A DNA stretch of 56,358 bases from Minisyncoccota bacterium (GCA_041664865.1 JBAYJU010000001.1:1-56358), one strand, 5' to 3'. Counted from the stretch's first letter, positions 34,819 to 45,724 are shown. Numbers and translations are program-made. The notes: generated by a model from the sequence alone, not told the origin.

Positions 34819-35517
34819 ATGACGACAGTAAAAGATACGGCAGATTTGCAGCGCCTCTTCGACACGGGGGCGCATTTTGCGCATGTGAAAGCGCGCCGCC
34901 ACCCTACGATGAAGCCATTCTTGGTTGGCACAAAGGGCCGACAGGAAATTATCGACCTAGCACAGACGGCTGACCAGCTTGAAGTCGCCAAAAACGCGAT
35001 GGCGACACTCGCAAAAGAAGGTAAGACCGTTCTATTTGTGGGCGGGAAAGTCGAAGTTGCTGCATTGGTGAAGAAAGCTGCACAAGATATCAACGCTCCA
35101 TACGTAGCGACACGCTGGCTCGGCGGCACAATCTCTAACTGGGCAGAGATTAAGAAGCGCATCGACCGCCTCGCTGAGCTCGAGGACACTTCGGCAACGG
35201 GCGCAATGGCCAAGCAGCACACTAAGCTCGAGCTGGTGAAAATGGGCCGTGAGAAGGCGCGCCTTGAAGAGCGCCTAGATGGCATCACGACACTGACTAA
35301 ACGCCCCGACGCGCTCTTGGTCGTCGACACAAAGCACGAGAAGTATGCGGTAAAGGAAGCGAATGAGTCCGGTATACCAGTCATCGCCATCATGAGCTCA
35401 GACTGCAATATAAAAGAATCTGCGTATCCAATCGTCGCAAACGACGCTTCCCGAGAGACCGTGCGACTCGTGCTATCTGACCTGGTCGAGGCGTTCAAGA
35501 AGGGGCAGGTTGCTTAA
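34819..35517 (+). CDS. rpsB: 30S ribosomal protein S2
   Basis: ..LFDTGAHFAHVKARRHPTMKPF.. and ..RWLGGT.SNW..; followed by tsf. Confidence 0.94.
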   Translation: MTTVKDTADLQRLFDTGAHFAHVKARRHPTMKPFLVGTKGRQEIIDLAQTADQLEVAKNAMATLAKEGKTVLFVGGKVEVAALVKKAAQDINAPYVATRWLGGTISNWAEIKKRIDRLAELEDTSATGAMAKQHTKLELVKMGREKARLEERLDGITTLTKRPDALLVVDTKHEKYAVKEANESGIPVIAIMSSDCNIKESAYPIVANDASRETVRLVLSDLVEAFKKGQVA

Positions 35518-35559
35518 ACGAGCATACGCCTTATAGGCATGTGTTAATATTTTTACTAT

Positions 35560-36141
35560 ATGGAAATCACGACTACCATCATAAAAGAGCTGCGCGACCG
35601 GACCGGAGTGTCTGTCATGCAGTGCAAAAAGGCGCTTGAAGAGGCTGGCGGCGACCTAGCAAAGGCCGAGGTCATCTTGAAAAAGCATTCCGCCGCTTCT
35701 GCCGACAAAAAGGCTGACCGCTCGCTTGCTGCAGGCACTATCGGAAGCTATGTCCACGATGGTGCTGTCGGGGCTATGGTAATCCTCTCATGTGAGACAG
35801 ATTTCGTCGCCAAGAACCCTGACTTCATAGCTCTGGCACGCGATCTAGCAATGCAAGTAGCCGCTACAAGTCCATCCTATACGACCACGGACGAGATCTC
35901 TACAGATGCCAAGGATGCCGCAACCTCAGTCTTCGAGAAAGAAGTCGCTGACAAACCGGCAGATATGCAAGCGAAGATTCTCGCTGGCAAGATTGCGAGC
36001 TATTTCCGAGACCAGGTATTACTTGAACAGCCATTCATCAAAGATGAGACCAAGACAGTCCATGATCTCTTGAATGAAGCTACGCAGAAATTCGGTGAGC
36101 GTGTCGAGCTGAGTCGCTTCGCGCGCCTCTCCACACGCTAA
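35560..36141 (+). CDS. tsf: Elongation factor Ts (short form)
   Basis: ..IKELRDRTGVSVMQCKKALEEAGGDLAKA.. (UBA domain); 193 aa. Confidence 0.92.
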   Translation: MEITTTIIKELRDRTGVSVMQCKKALEEAGGDLAKAEVILKKHSAASADKKADRSLAAGTIGSYVHDGAVGAMVILSCETDFVAKNPDFIALARDLAMQVAATSPSYTTTDEISTDAKDAATSVFEKEVADKPADMQAKILAGKIASYFRDQVLLEQPFIKDETKTVHDLLNEATQKFGERVELSRFARLSTR

Positions 36142-36146
36142 CCATC

Positions 36147-36563
36147 GTGGCCTACCTCATTGCGATACTAGTCTCGCTCGCACTTCTCATAGGATTCGTC
36201 GTTCTAACCAGGTATGAGGCACGGCTTGGTAGGCACTTCTTCGCCACAGAGCGAGCAGAGCTAGATAAGTCTGCCAAACGCATCGCGTTCATCATCGAGC
36301 ATGTCGACCTAGCTGCGTTCGTGCAAGACGAGGTCCATCACGCGGCGAATACTGTAGGGCACACCGTCGCCAACCTCTCGTTACAAATGGTGCGCGCAGT
36401 CGAGCGACTGCTCACGCGCGTCGTCCGTCATTTGCGCATCCGAAATGAGGGTATGTCCGCGCCACGTGAGAACGCACGAGAATTCGTGAAAACCCTTTCC
36501 GAGTTCAAAGAGACGATAAACGCGACGCATCCAGAAGTTTCTGGTATAAATAAGCCTGAGTAG
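36147..36563 (+). CDS. Hypothetical protein with an N-terminal TM helix (GTG start)
   Basis: ORF track only; MAYLIAILVSLALLIGFVVL... Confidence 0.45.
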   Translation: MAYLIAILVSLALLIGFVVLTRYEARLGRHFFATERAELDKSAKRIAFIIEHVDLAAFVQDEVHHAANTVGHTVANLSLQMVRAVERLLTRVVRHLRIRNEGMSAPRENAREFVKTLSEFKETINATHPEVSGINKPE

Positions 36564-36585
36564 GAGTTTGTGCGCTCAATAACAT

Positions 36586-36661
36586 GCCGCCTTAGCTCAG
36601 TTGGTAGAGCAACGCTTTTGTAAAGCGAAGGTCCCCAGTCCGAGTCTGGGAGGCGGCTCCA
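36586..36661 (+). tRNA. tRNA-Thr (anticodon TGT), CCA encoded, unusual T-loop
   Basis: Acceptor GCCGCCT/AGGCGGC, D arm GCTC-AGTTGGTA-GAGC, anticodon loop TT-TGT-AA, T arm CCCAG-TCCGAGT-CTGGG (C at position 55), T-CCA. Confidence 0.85.
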
Positions 36662-36667
36662 AATAAA

Positions 36668-37339
36668 CTATCTCGCGATTGCCTTAGTAGATGTAGCAAG
36701 AGCGCCTTTCGGAAATTGCTTCTCCAGGTCAGCAAGCGTGGTGAAGCCATTGTAGTGCTTGCCGTTTATCACGAATGCCGGTAGTGGAGCCTTTATTTTG
36801 TTTAGAGCGATAAGCGTCTTCAGAGCACCGAGGTCTAGATTGTAGTCGAACGAATATACACGAAGCGTTGGATAGGTCGTGCGCAGGTAGGAGAGAGCGT
36901 AGCCAGCCTTGTCGCAATCGGCACAATCTCCAGCGTTGCTATAGAAATACAACACCGTTACAGGCTTTGTGCCGCATGCCTTAGCGATCTGTTTTGTGAG
37001 CATGTAATCGCGAATCTCGATCAGAGAATACTGCTCTTTCAGCCGGACTACTTGCGCATTGTCTGTGCCGAGCTGACCTTCTGCGTATGAAAGGCGGTTG
37101 CCGAGATCAGAAAGATCGCTCATAAGCATCGTCGATGAGGCGATACTTTCGCATGGAGCAGATGATAGAAGCGAGAACTGCGTGTCTAGAGAAATTATAT
37201 CGATGGAGAGCTGGTCTTCCATCGTCGAGAGCTCTGCGATGCGCGCATTGTTCAAATAGTTGACGGCATAAGCGACCGTACCAGCAAGAGCGACGGTGAT
37301 TAGGAGTGCTATGAGTACATTTCGGGTGACGAGTGACAT
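36668..37339 (-). CDS. Membrane-anchored thioredoxin-fold protein (CxxC = CADC)
   Basis: N-terminal TM helix, ..VLYFYSNAGDCADCDKAG.. and a glutaredoxin-like ..LPAFVINGKHYNGF... Confidence 0.6.
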   Translation of the reverse strand: MSLVTRNVLIALLITVALAGTVAYAVNYLNNARIAELSTMEDQLSIDIISLDTQFSLLSSAPCESIASSTMLMSDLSDLGNRLSYAEGQLGTDNAQVVRLKEQYSLIEIRDYMLTKQIAKACGTKPVTVLYFYSNAGDCADCDKAGYALSYLRTTYPTLRVYSFDYNLDLGALKTLIALNKIKAPLPAFVINGKHYNGFTTLADLEKQFPKGALATSTKAIAR

Positions 37340-37352
37340 AGATCAGAGTGTA

Positions 37353-38591
37353 TCACCAACGCCAATCACGACTCTTGCCGAGAGTAACGTCTGCTGTGGA
37401 TCGTATTAGCCACAATGGCGCTATTAAGCCATACAGGAAGGTGTAAGAGAGTATGCCAACCCCGAGAGGGCCTGGCATTCTCGATAAACGCTTCCCTATT
37501 ACAATAAGTGACAACGAAGCGAGAAGTGTCGCGAGACCTAGGATGATGAAAAAATTAACTGGTACATAGAACATGTCGAATGATCTATGCGGCAAGAATA
37601 TATAAGATAGCGGAATACCCATACGAACCTGAATCGCCGTAACGATGCTCTGTGCAAGCGTAAAGATTGCATAGGAAAAGAGAAGGATGCTGCTCCAGAT
37701 CGAAATGATGGCTGTGGGGAGTACGAGCATTCCAAGTACCCCATACCGGCGGTTTCCGACAAGGTCTCGGTATTCGCCGAAAATATTACGTAGGAATCCG
37801 CTTGTCCAACGGGTGCGCTGTTTGATCAGTTTCAAAACCGTGTCTGGCGACTTGGTGTAGACAAGTGCGCGCGGCGCATTCTCAATCTCATAACCTGCAC
37901 GCTGGATACGAAGCGCCATCTCCATATCTTCTGTCTGATGGCCGTGAAGGAATTCCCCGAGCTCCTTGAGGGTGCTGTGTCGATAGAAAGAAAACGGCCC
38001 GGGAGTGACGTAGAGACCATTGATAGATGCCATGGTGTGGCGAATAGTGATGCCGAATGCGTATTCGGCATGTTGCATGTGCTGGATCAAGTTCCCAGGA
38101 CGGTGCACTGCCATAGCCGCGGTGACGGCTGCCACGCGCTCGCTAGCGAAGCACGGGATGATCTCGCGCAACGCGTCTGGCGCGACAAAAGAGTCGGCAT
38201 CAAGGCAGCCGATGAACTCCGCACTGGTTGCGGCAATGCCAGCATTAAGCGCTGTATGCTTCCCGCCGTTTTCTTTGCGTATGATGCGCACCTGCGGACG
38301 CTCCGCAAATGGGGCCATAGCTGCCGGAGTCGCATCAGTGGAACCGTCATCAACTAGGATAATCTCGAGCTTGTCTGCGGGATAATCGAGCGCTAGCAAT
38401 GACTCGCAGGTGGCAGCGATGGTCGCCTCCTCATTCCAACATGGCACGATTATAGCTACAGACGGGGTCTCCTCGACCGGACCACGCCCGCGCGCGGAGC
38501 GCGCGGGCTTCGAAAGAAGCGTCACCAAGACAAAAGCCTCGAAGAATATAGCGAGGAAAATGAATGGGTATGTTAGTGCATCTAAGCCCAT
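37353..38591 (-). CDS. Family-2 glycosyltransferase, processive membrane type (QxxRW)
   Basis: ..VAIIVPCWNEE.., ..ILVDDGSTD.., ..DADS.., ..QRTRWTSG.., flanking TM helices. Start at ATG 38589-38591, because the longer ORF would overlap pheS. Confidence 0.8.
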   Translation of the reverse strand: MGLDALTYPFIFLAIFFEAFVLVTLLSKPARSARGRGPVEETPSVAIIVPCWNEEATIAATCESLLALDYPADKLEIILVDDGSTDATPAAMAPFAERPQVRIIRKENGGKHTALNAGIAATSAEFIGCLDADSFVAPDALREIIPCFASERVAAVTAAMAVHRPGNLIQHMQHAEYAFGITIRHTMASINGLYVTPGPFSFYRHSTLKELGEFLHGHQTEDMEMALRIQRAGYEIENAPRALVYTKSPDTVLKLIKQRTRWTSGFLRNIFGEYRDLVGNRRYGVLGMLVLPTAIISIWSSILLFSYAIFTLAQSIVTAIQVRMGIPLSYIFLPHRSFDMFYVPVNFFIILGLATLLASLSLIVIGKRLSRMPGPLGVGILSYTFLYGLIAPLWLIRSTADVTLGKSRDWRW

Positions 38592-38633
38592 ATATGGCGT
38601 AACTCTAGCATAATCTGCTATATTTGTAGCATT

Positions 38634-39404
38634 ATGACAATAAAAGGCCGTCTGCACCCTATTACCATCGCTACACGCGAGATTGCCGACATATTCGGCC
38701 GTATGGGCTTCGGCATCGCCTACGGCCCTGAGCTCGAGGACGAGGACCACGTATTCAACGGGCTAAACATACCTCCCAATCACCCGGCTAGAAGCATGCA
38801 GGACACCTTCTGGGTGAAGGATGCAGTGGGCAAGCTCCTGCGCACGCACGCGACCTCGGTTTCATTCCGTGAGCTCGAGCGACTAGCGAAAGAGGGTGGC
38901 ACCGAGCTCAGGCGTATCATGCCTGGTAAAGTCTTCCGCAATGAAGCGACTGACGCGACCCACGAAGCGCAGTTCTACCAGATCGACGGATTCGCAGTCG
39001 GGCCGAAGGGTACGGTCACTCTCGCCCACTTGAAAGGAACGCTTGAGCGATTCTATCGCGAGTACCTAGGATCTAATGCCCAAGTACGATTCCGTCCCAG
39101 TTTCTTTGGGTTCACCGAGCCGTCTGTTGAGGTGGATGTGTGGTTCCAGCCGGCTGGCAAAGAAGGAAAGTGGCTTGAAGTCGCTGGCGCTGGCATGTTC
39201 CATCCGAATGTTATCAAGAACGCCGGGCTAGATCCGGAAAAGATTGCCGGGTTTGCCTTCGGCGGCGGGCTCGAGCGCCTGATTATGGTAAAGCATGGTG
39301 TACCAGACGTGCGACTCTTCCACTCGGGCGACATCCGTTTCATCTACGGATTTGATCAGAAATGTAGGACTTCCGATGTCCTACATATAGAAAATAAAGT
39401 ATGA
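38634..39404 (+). CDS. pheS: Phenylalanine--tRNA ligase alpha subunit, catalytic core only (256 aa)
   Basis: ..NIPPNHPARSMQDTFWV.., ..FR.E..DATH..QF.Q.DG.., ..FAFGGGLERL.M... Confidence 0.9.
   Translation: MTIKGRLHPITIATREIADIFGRMGFGIAYGPELEDEDHVFNGLNIPPNHPARSMQDTFWVKDAVGKLLRTHATSVSFRELERLAKEGGTELRRIMPGKVFRNEATDATHEAQFYQIDGFAVGPKGTVTLAHLKGTLERFYREYLGSNAQVRFRPSFFGFTEPSVEVDVWFQPAGKEGKWLEVAGAGMFHPNVIKNAGLDPEKIAGFAFGGGLERLIMVKHGVPDVRLFHSGDIRFIYGFDQKCRTSDVLHIENKV
39362..39386. repeat. Palindromic unit (ATGTAGGAC..GTCCTACAT) forming the 3' tail of pheS
   Basis: atgtaggac-ttccgat-gtcctacat, translated as ..CRTSDVLH.., 15 nt upstream of the pheT ATG. Confidence 0.8.
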
Positions 39405-40579
39405 AAGTAACCCGAGAACAGTTGCAGAAATATTTCAAAGCGCCACTTCCGAGTGTCGAGGCGCTTGCTGAGGCGTTCACATTTCATGCGTTCGAGCTCG
39501 AAAGCATCGATGGAGACATGCTCGATATTAAAGTGTTGCCGAACCGTGTTGCCGACTGCGCCACAGCAGAAGGCGTAGCGAGCGAGCTAGCGGCTATACT
39601 CGATGTGCCACTCAAGGGAACTGCGACTCCAGATTACTCGGAATCGCCGACTGTCGCAGTAACTGTCGCAGGAGTGAACGCAATACTCGGGTCCGATTTC
39701 TCTAGCGAGGAATTGCTCGATGTGTTTCGCCGATTACAGTTCCGTGTCGAAGTCGACGGCGAAACACTTAGCGTTTCTGCTCCAGCACCACGCACAGACA
39801 TCTCGATTCTGGAGGATGTAGCCGAGGAGGTCGGCCAGATACTCGGATATGATCGAGTTGTGGCAAAGGAGTTGTCCATGTGGGACATATCATGTCCCAC
39901 ATCAGATGTAGGACATGATATGTCCCACATGCCCGACCAGGCGCGGTATCGTGGCATCGAGAAGGTAAAAGACTTTCTGGTTGAGCGAGGCTTCACAGAG
40001 ATTTCAACACAGTCTTTCGCCAAGAAGGGCGATATCGTGCTCGCGAACCCGCTAGACAAGAGCAAGCCGGCGCTCCGCACAAATCTAGACGAGAATATGG
40101 CAGACGCACTAGTGCGTGCGAAACAATATGCCCCTCTAGTGCTCGAGCCTGGGCAGAAACCGAAGCTTTTCGAGATTGGTACTGTATTTACGAAAGACGG
40201 CGAGCATATTGTTGTTAAGACATCAGAACCTGTTTCCGACTTGCCTGAAATTAAAGACGCACCGGACTACGTGCCAGTGCCGTATGAACTAGGCGCATAC
40301 AAGCCATTCTCCCTATACCCTTTCATCACGCGCGATATCGCATTCTGGGCTCCGTCTGGCACTGATGTTCGACTTACGAAGTCGAACATCGAGAAAGAGG
40401 CTGGTGAGCTTCTGGTGCGCCTAGACCAATTTGATACGTTTGAAAAAGACGGCCGTACGTCATACGCATTTAGGCTCGTATTCCAGTCGATGGAGCGCAC
40501 ACTTACAGACGACGAAGTGAATCCTGTTATGGACACCATCTACGCGGCGCTTCGCGCCGCGGGCTTCGAGGTCCGATAG
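39401..40579 (+). CDS. pheT: Phenylalanine--tRNA ligase beta subunit, strongly reduced (392 aa)
   Basis: B5-like ..PRTDISILEDVAEEVGQILGYDRV.., a catalytic-like core, and a C-terminal FDX-ACB-like ..YPFITRDIAFW... ATGA overlap with pheS. Confidence 0.85.
   Translation: MKVTREQLQKYFKAPLPSVEALAEAFTFHAFELESIDGDMLDIKVLPNRVADCATAEGVASELAAILDVPLKGTATPDYSESPTVAVTVAGVNAILGSDFSSEELLDVFRRLQFRVEVDGETLSVSAPAPRTDISILEDVAEEVGQILGYDRVVAKELSMWDISCPTSDVGHDMSHMPDQARYRGIEKVKDFLVERGFTEISTQSFAKKGDIVLANPLDKSKPALRTNLDENMADALVRAKQYAPLVLEPGQKPKLFEIGTVFTKDGEHIVVKTSEPVSDLPEIKDAPDYVPVPYELGAYKPFSLYPFITRDIAFWAPSGTDVRLTKSNIEKEAGELLVRLDQFDTFEKDGRTSYAFRLVFQSMERTLTDDEVNPVMDTIYAALRAAGFEVR
39877..39931. repeat. 55-nt near-perfect palindrome (two tandem 25-nt units) inside the pheT coding sequence
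   Basis: Unit A 39878-39902 atgtgggacat-atc-atgtcccacat; unit B 39906-39930 atgtaggacat-gat-atgtcccacat. Both strands translate to ..WDISCPTSDVGHDMSHM... Confidence 0.9.
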
Positions 40580-40592
40580 CGAACCAGATGCA

Positions 40593-40624
40593 AAAAACAA
40601 CCGCCCTTTCGGGCGGTTGTTTTT
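40593..40624. terminator. Bidirectional terminator hairpin
   Basis: aaaaacaaccgccc-tttc-gggcggttgttttt, between convergent pheT and rpsJ. Confidence 0.8.
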
Positions 40625-40642
40625 GTATCTTGGCGATAGTCT

Positions 40643-41020
40643 TTAGACCATCTTGACGTCAATCGTCACTCCAGAGGGAAGATTGAGGTTCGTGAGGGCC
40701 TCGATCACCTTAGGCGACGGGTTCATGATGTCGATTAGGCGCTTGTGGATGCGCATTTCGAACTGTTCGCGCGCGTCCTTGTGGACGAATGTCGAACGGT
40801 TCACAGTCCAGCGCTTGATCTCGGTCGGGAGCGGGACAGGGCCTACTACGACAGCATCGAAGCGTGCAGCAGTGTCCATTATCTGCTTCACCGACAGATC
40901 GAGAATCTTGTGCTCATAGGCACGGACTCGGATCCGTAGCTTGTGCTCCACAGGAGCGGCCACTGCCGCCTTCTTCGAAACACGCTTTGCTTTTGGTTTT
41001 GTCTCCGTTTCTGTTTCCAT
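40643..41020 (-). CDS. rpsJ: 30S ribosomal protein S10 with an N-terminal extension
   Basis: ..LRIRVRAYEHKILD......I...A.......GP.PLPT......V.RS..V.K......FE.R.HKRLIDI..; directly downstream of tuf. Confidence 0.93.
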   Translation of the reverse strand: METETETKPKAKRVSKKAAVAAPVEHKLRIRVRAYEHKILDLSVKQIMDTAARFDAVVVGPVPLPTEIKRWTVNRSTFVHKDAREQFEMRIHKRLIDIMNPSPKVIEALTNLNLPSGVTIDVKMV

Positions 41021-41043
41021 ATGAGTATAGATTCAATCCGAGC

Positions 41044-42249
41044 TTATTTCGTGATCTTGGTCACGACTCCGGCACCGACAGTCTTGCCACCCTCGCGGAT
41101 AGCGAAGCGCTGCTGCTCTTCGAGAGCGATAGGCGCAGTGAGCTTCACCTTGAAGGTGACTGTGTCGCCCGGCATAACCATCTCCTTACCTTCTGGGAGG
41201 GTGACTTCGCCAGTCACGTCCGTAGTACGGATGTAGAACTGCGGCTTGTAACCTGAGAAGAATGGAGTGTGACGGCCACCCTCGTCCTTGGAAAGAATGT
41301 ACACCTCAGAGTCAAACTCTGTGTGTGGCGTGACTGCGCCAGTCTTCGAGAGCACCTGCCCACGATGCACGTCTTCCTTCTTTGTACCACGGAGGAGGAT
41401 TCCTGCGTTGTCGCCAGCTTGACCTTCCTGTAGTTGCTTGTTGAACATCTCGATGCCTGTGACAGTCGTCTTCATAGTCGGCTTGATACCGACTATCTCG
41501 ACATCTTCACCGACCTTCACTGTTCCGCGCTCGATGCGGCCAGTGACAACGGTACCGCGACCTTCAATCGAGAAGATGTCCTCGATTGGCATAAGGAACG
41601 GCTTGCTCACTTCGCGATCAGGCATGTCGAAGTATGTGTCCATCGTGTCGACGATCTCTTTGGCCTTCTGTGCGTATGGGTCGCTGACATCCTTCGCTTC
41701 GAGAGCCTTGAGACCCGAACCGCGGATAATCGGCGTATTCGCACCGTCGTAGCCCTGCTTGGTGAGGAGCTCGCGGATTTCCTCTTCGACTAGGTCGATG
41801 AGATCCGGTTCGTCCACCATATCTACCTTGTTCAAGAAGACGATAAGCTTCTTGAGGCCCACCTGCTTGGCAAGGAGGATGTGCTCACGAGTCTGAGGCA
41901 TCACGCCATCAGTAGCAGCGACCACGAGGATAGCTCCGTCCATCTGGGCGGCACCAGTGATCATGTTCTTGATGTAGTCCGCGTGCCCTGGAGCGTCGAT
42001 GTGCGCGTAGTGGCGGTTTGGCGTCTCGTACTCCGAGTGGTGGAGCGCGATAGTGATGCCACGCGCCTTCTCTTCTGGTGCGCTGTCGATCTTATCGACA
42101 TTCTCGACACGAGCCGAGTAGCCCTCGCCAGTCAACATCGAGAGGACGTTGAGCATACCTGCGGTGAGAGTCGTCTTTCCATGGTCCACGTGACCGATGG
42201 TGCCCACGTTCATGTGGGGCTTGCTGCGATTGAATTCTGCTGCTGCCAT
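41044..42249 (-). CDS. tuf: Elongation factor Tu
   Basis: ..[17 protein letters not shown].., [12 protein letters not shown]. Confidence 0.97.
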   Translation of the reverse strand: MAAAEFNRSKPHMNVGTIGHVDHGKTTLTAGMLNVLSMLTGEGYSARVENVDKIDSAPEEKARGITIALHHSEYETPNRHYAHIDAPGHADYIKNMITGAAQMDGAILVVAATDGVMPQTREHILLAKQVGLKKLIVFLNKVDMVDEPDLIDLVEEEIRELLTKQGYDGANTPIIRGSGLKALEAKDVSDPYAQKAKEIVDTMDTYFDMPDREVSKPFLMPIEDIFSIEGRGTVVTGRIERGTVKVGEDVEIVGIKPTMKTTVTGIEMFNKQLQEGQAGDNAGILLRGTKKEDVHRGQVLSKTGAVTPHTEFDSEVYILSKDEGGRHTPFFSGYKPQFYIRTTDVTGEVTLPEGKEMVMPGDTVTFKVKLTAPIALEEQQRFAIREGGKTVGAGVVTKITK

Positions 42250-42365
42250 ATATCGGATAATTAATTATTAATTCACGATTAACTCCGACTGAGTCGGATA
42301 AGCTCCGGCCAGCTGATTACAGAAAGCAGACAAGCCAAAGAGCGACGCCAAGATGCGTTATGGGT

Positions 42366-42394
42366 ACTATACGAGAGCACGTGTATAAATGCAA
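42366..42394 (-). promoter_or_regulatory. Sigma70-like promoter for tuf
   Basis: Minus strand TTGCAT (42389-42394), 17-nt spacer, TATAGT (42366-42371). Downstream of the fusA hairpin. Confidence 0.5.
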
Positions 42395-42407
42395 CCTGCC
42401 CTGGAAA

Positions 42408-42443
42408 GAAAACCGCCGCGGCTATGAAGCCGTGGCGGTTTTC
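42408..42443. terminator. Hairpin between fusA and tuf
   Basis: gaaaaccgccgcggc-tatgaa-gccgtggcggttttc, 15 bp. One pair is G-U on the plus RNA and C-A on the minus RNA. Confidence 0.55.
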
Positions 42444-42491
42444 TTTTCTTTACAAAGTTCTACAAGGTTTAACCTTGTCCAAAACTATGAC

Positions 42492-44639
<2,148 letters not shown>

Positions 44640-44697
44640 GAGGGATAAATAAAAAAATAAAGCGCCTAGGCGTTAGGTAGAGAATAGCTCAAAGCAG

Positions 44698-44748
44698 AGA
44701 AAATGCAAAGAGCGCGGCACCTTCGGTGCCGCGCTCTTTGCATTTTCT
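44698..44748. terminator. Perfect 23-bp hairpin between rpsG and fusA
   Basis: agaaaatgcaaagagcgcggcac-cttcg-gtgccgcgctctttgcattttct. Confidence 0.6.
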
Positions 44749-44760
44749 GTCTAAGCTTAC

Positions 44761-45225
44761 TTACCAAGCAAAATGGGCGAAGGCCTTGTTGGCATCGGCC
44801 ATGCGGTGCATCTCATCCTTCTTCTTGATAGCGTCACCCTCATTCTTAGCTGCGAGGAGGAACTCTGCTGCGAGCTTCTCTGCCATCGGCTTACCCTTCT
44901 TGTTGCGAGCTGCATTGATAATCCAGCGGAACGAGAGAGCTAGGCGGCGGTTCTGCGGCACCTCGCGCGGAACCTGGTAGTTAGCTCCACCGACACGGCG
45001 GGAGCGCACTTCCATGAGTGGAGACGCATTGCGAAGGGCCGTCTCAAACGTCTCAAGCGGGTCGGCACCACCCTCTTTGATCACGTCGAGTGCGCCATAT
45101 ACGACCGAGCGGGCGGTATCCTTCTTGCCATCCCACATGACAGCATTGATGAAACGCGTGAGCGTCTCAGAGCCGTACGTGAGGTCCGGTCGCCAGGTTC
45201 GCTGTTTTTTAAGGGGTCGGCGCAT
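44761..45225 (-). CDS. rpsG: 30S ribosomal protein S7
   Basis: ..MWDGKK..A.......AL.......P...F..A..N..P..EV.SRRVGGANYQVP.EV... Confidence 0.94.
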   Translation of the reverse strand: MRRPLKKQRTWRPDLTYGSETLTRFINAVMWDGKKDTARSVVYGALDVIKEGGADPLETFETALRNASPLMEVRSRRVGGANYQVPREVPQNRRLALSFRWIINAARNKKGKPMAEKLAAEFLLAAKNEGDAIKKKDEMHRMADANKAFAHFAW

Positions 45226-45248
45226 AGAGAAAATTAAATATGTAAACG

Positions 45249-45656
45249 TTACTTAGGACGCTTCGCGCCATAGCGAGAGCGAGATGATCGGCGCTTGTCG
45301 AGACCAGCGGTGTCGAGCTTGCCGCGTACGATCGTGTACTGCACGCCGATATCCTTCACGCGACCACCGCGTAGCAAGACGACAGAGTGCTCCTGGAGGT
45401 TGTGCCCCATACCAGGGATGTATGCAGTGACCTCCATGCCATTAGTGAGGCGGACGCGGGCAATCTTACGGATGGCGGAGTTCGGCTTACGCGGGGTCTT
45501 CGTGGTCACCTTGGTGCAGACACCTCGCTTGAATGGGGACGCATAGGCCGTCGGGCGGTTCTTAAGCGCATTGAAGCCACGGGCAAGCGCAGGCTTGCTC
45601 GTCTTAGACGTCTTGTTCTTGCGCCCCTTTCTTGAGAGCTGATTGATGGTTGCCAT
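45249..45656 (-). CDS. rpsL: 30S ribosomal protein S12
   Basis: MATINQL.RKGR.., ..[51 protein letters not shown]... Confidence 0.96.
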   Translation of the reverse strand: MATINQLSRKGRKNKTSKTSKPALARGFNALKNRPTAYASPFKRGVCTKVTTKTPRKPNSAIRKIARVRLTNGMEVTAYIPGMGHNLQEHSVVLLRGGRVKDIGVQYTIVRGKLDTAGLDKRRSSRSRYGAKRPK

Positions 45657-45688
45657 TTAGAAAAAGAAGACCCGCTAGGGTCAGATGT

Positions 45689-45717
45689 AATATAAAGGAA
45701 TACTGGCAGAAACGCAA
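45689..45717 (-). promoter_or_regulatory. Sigma70-like promoter for rpsL (str operon)
   Basis: Minus strand TTGCGT (45712-45717), 17-nt spacer, TATATT (45689-45694). Confidence 0.5.
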
Positions 45718-45724
45718 CTACGCA

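Noticed and set aside
34800-35498. 232-aa minus-strand ORF exactly mirroring rpsB. Similar long antisense ORFs occur at 25677-26411, 15236-15931, 31174-31854, 33061-33660 and 10478-10705.
   Set aside because: All lie antisense to strongly conserved genes and have Ser/Arg/Ala/Cys-rich low-complexity translations with no recognisable motifs. They are typical shadow ORFs.
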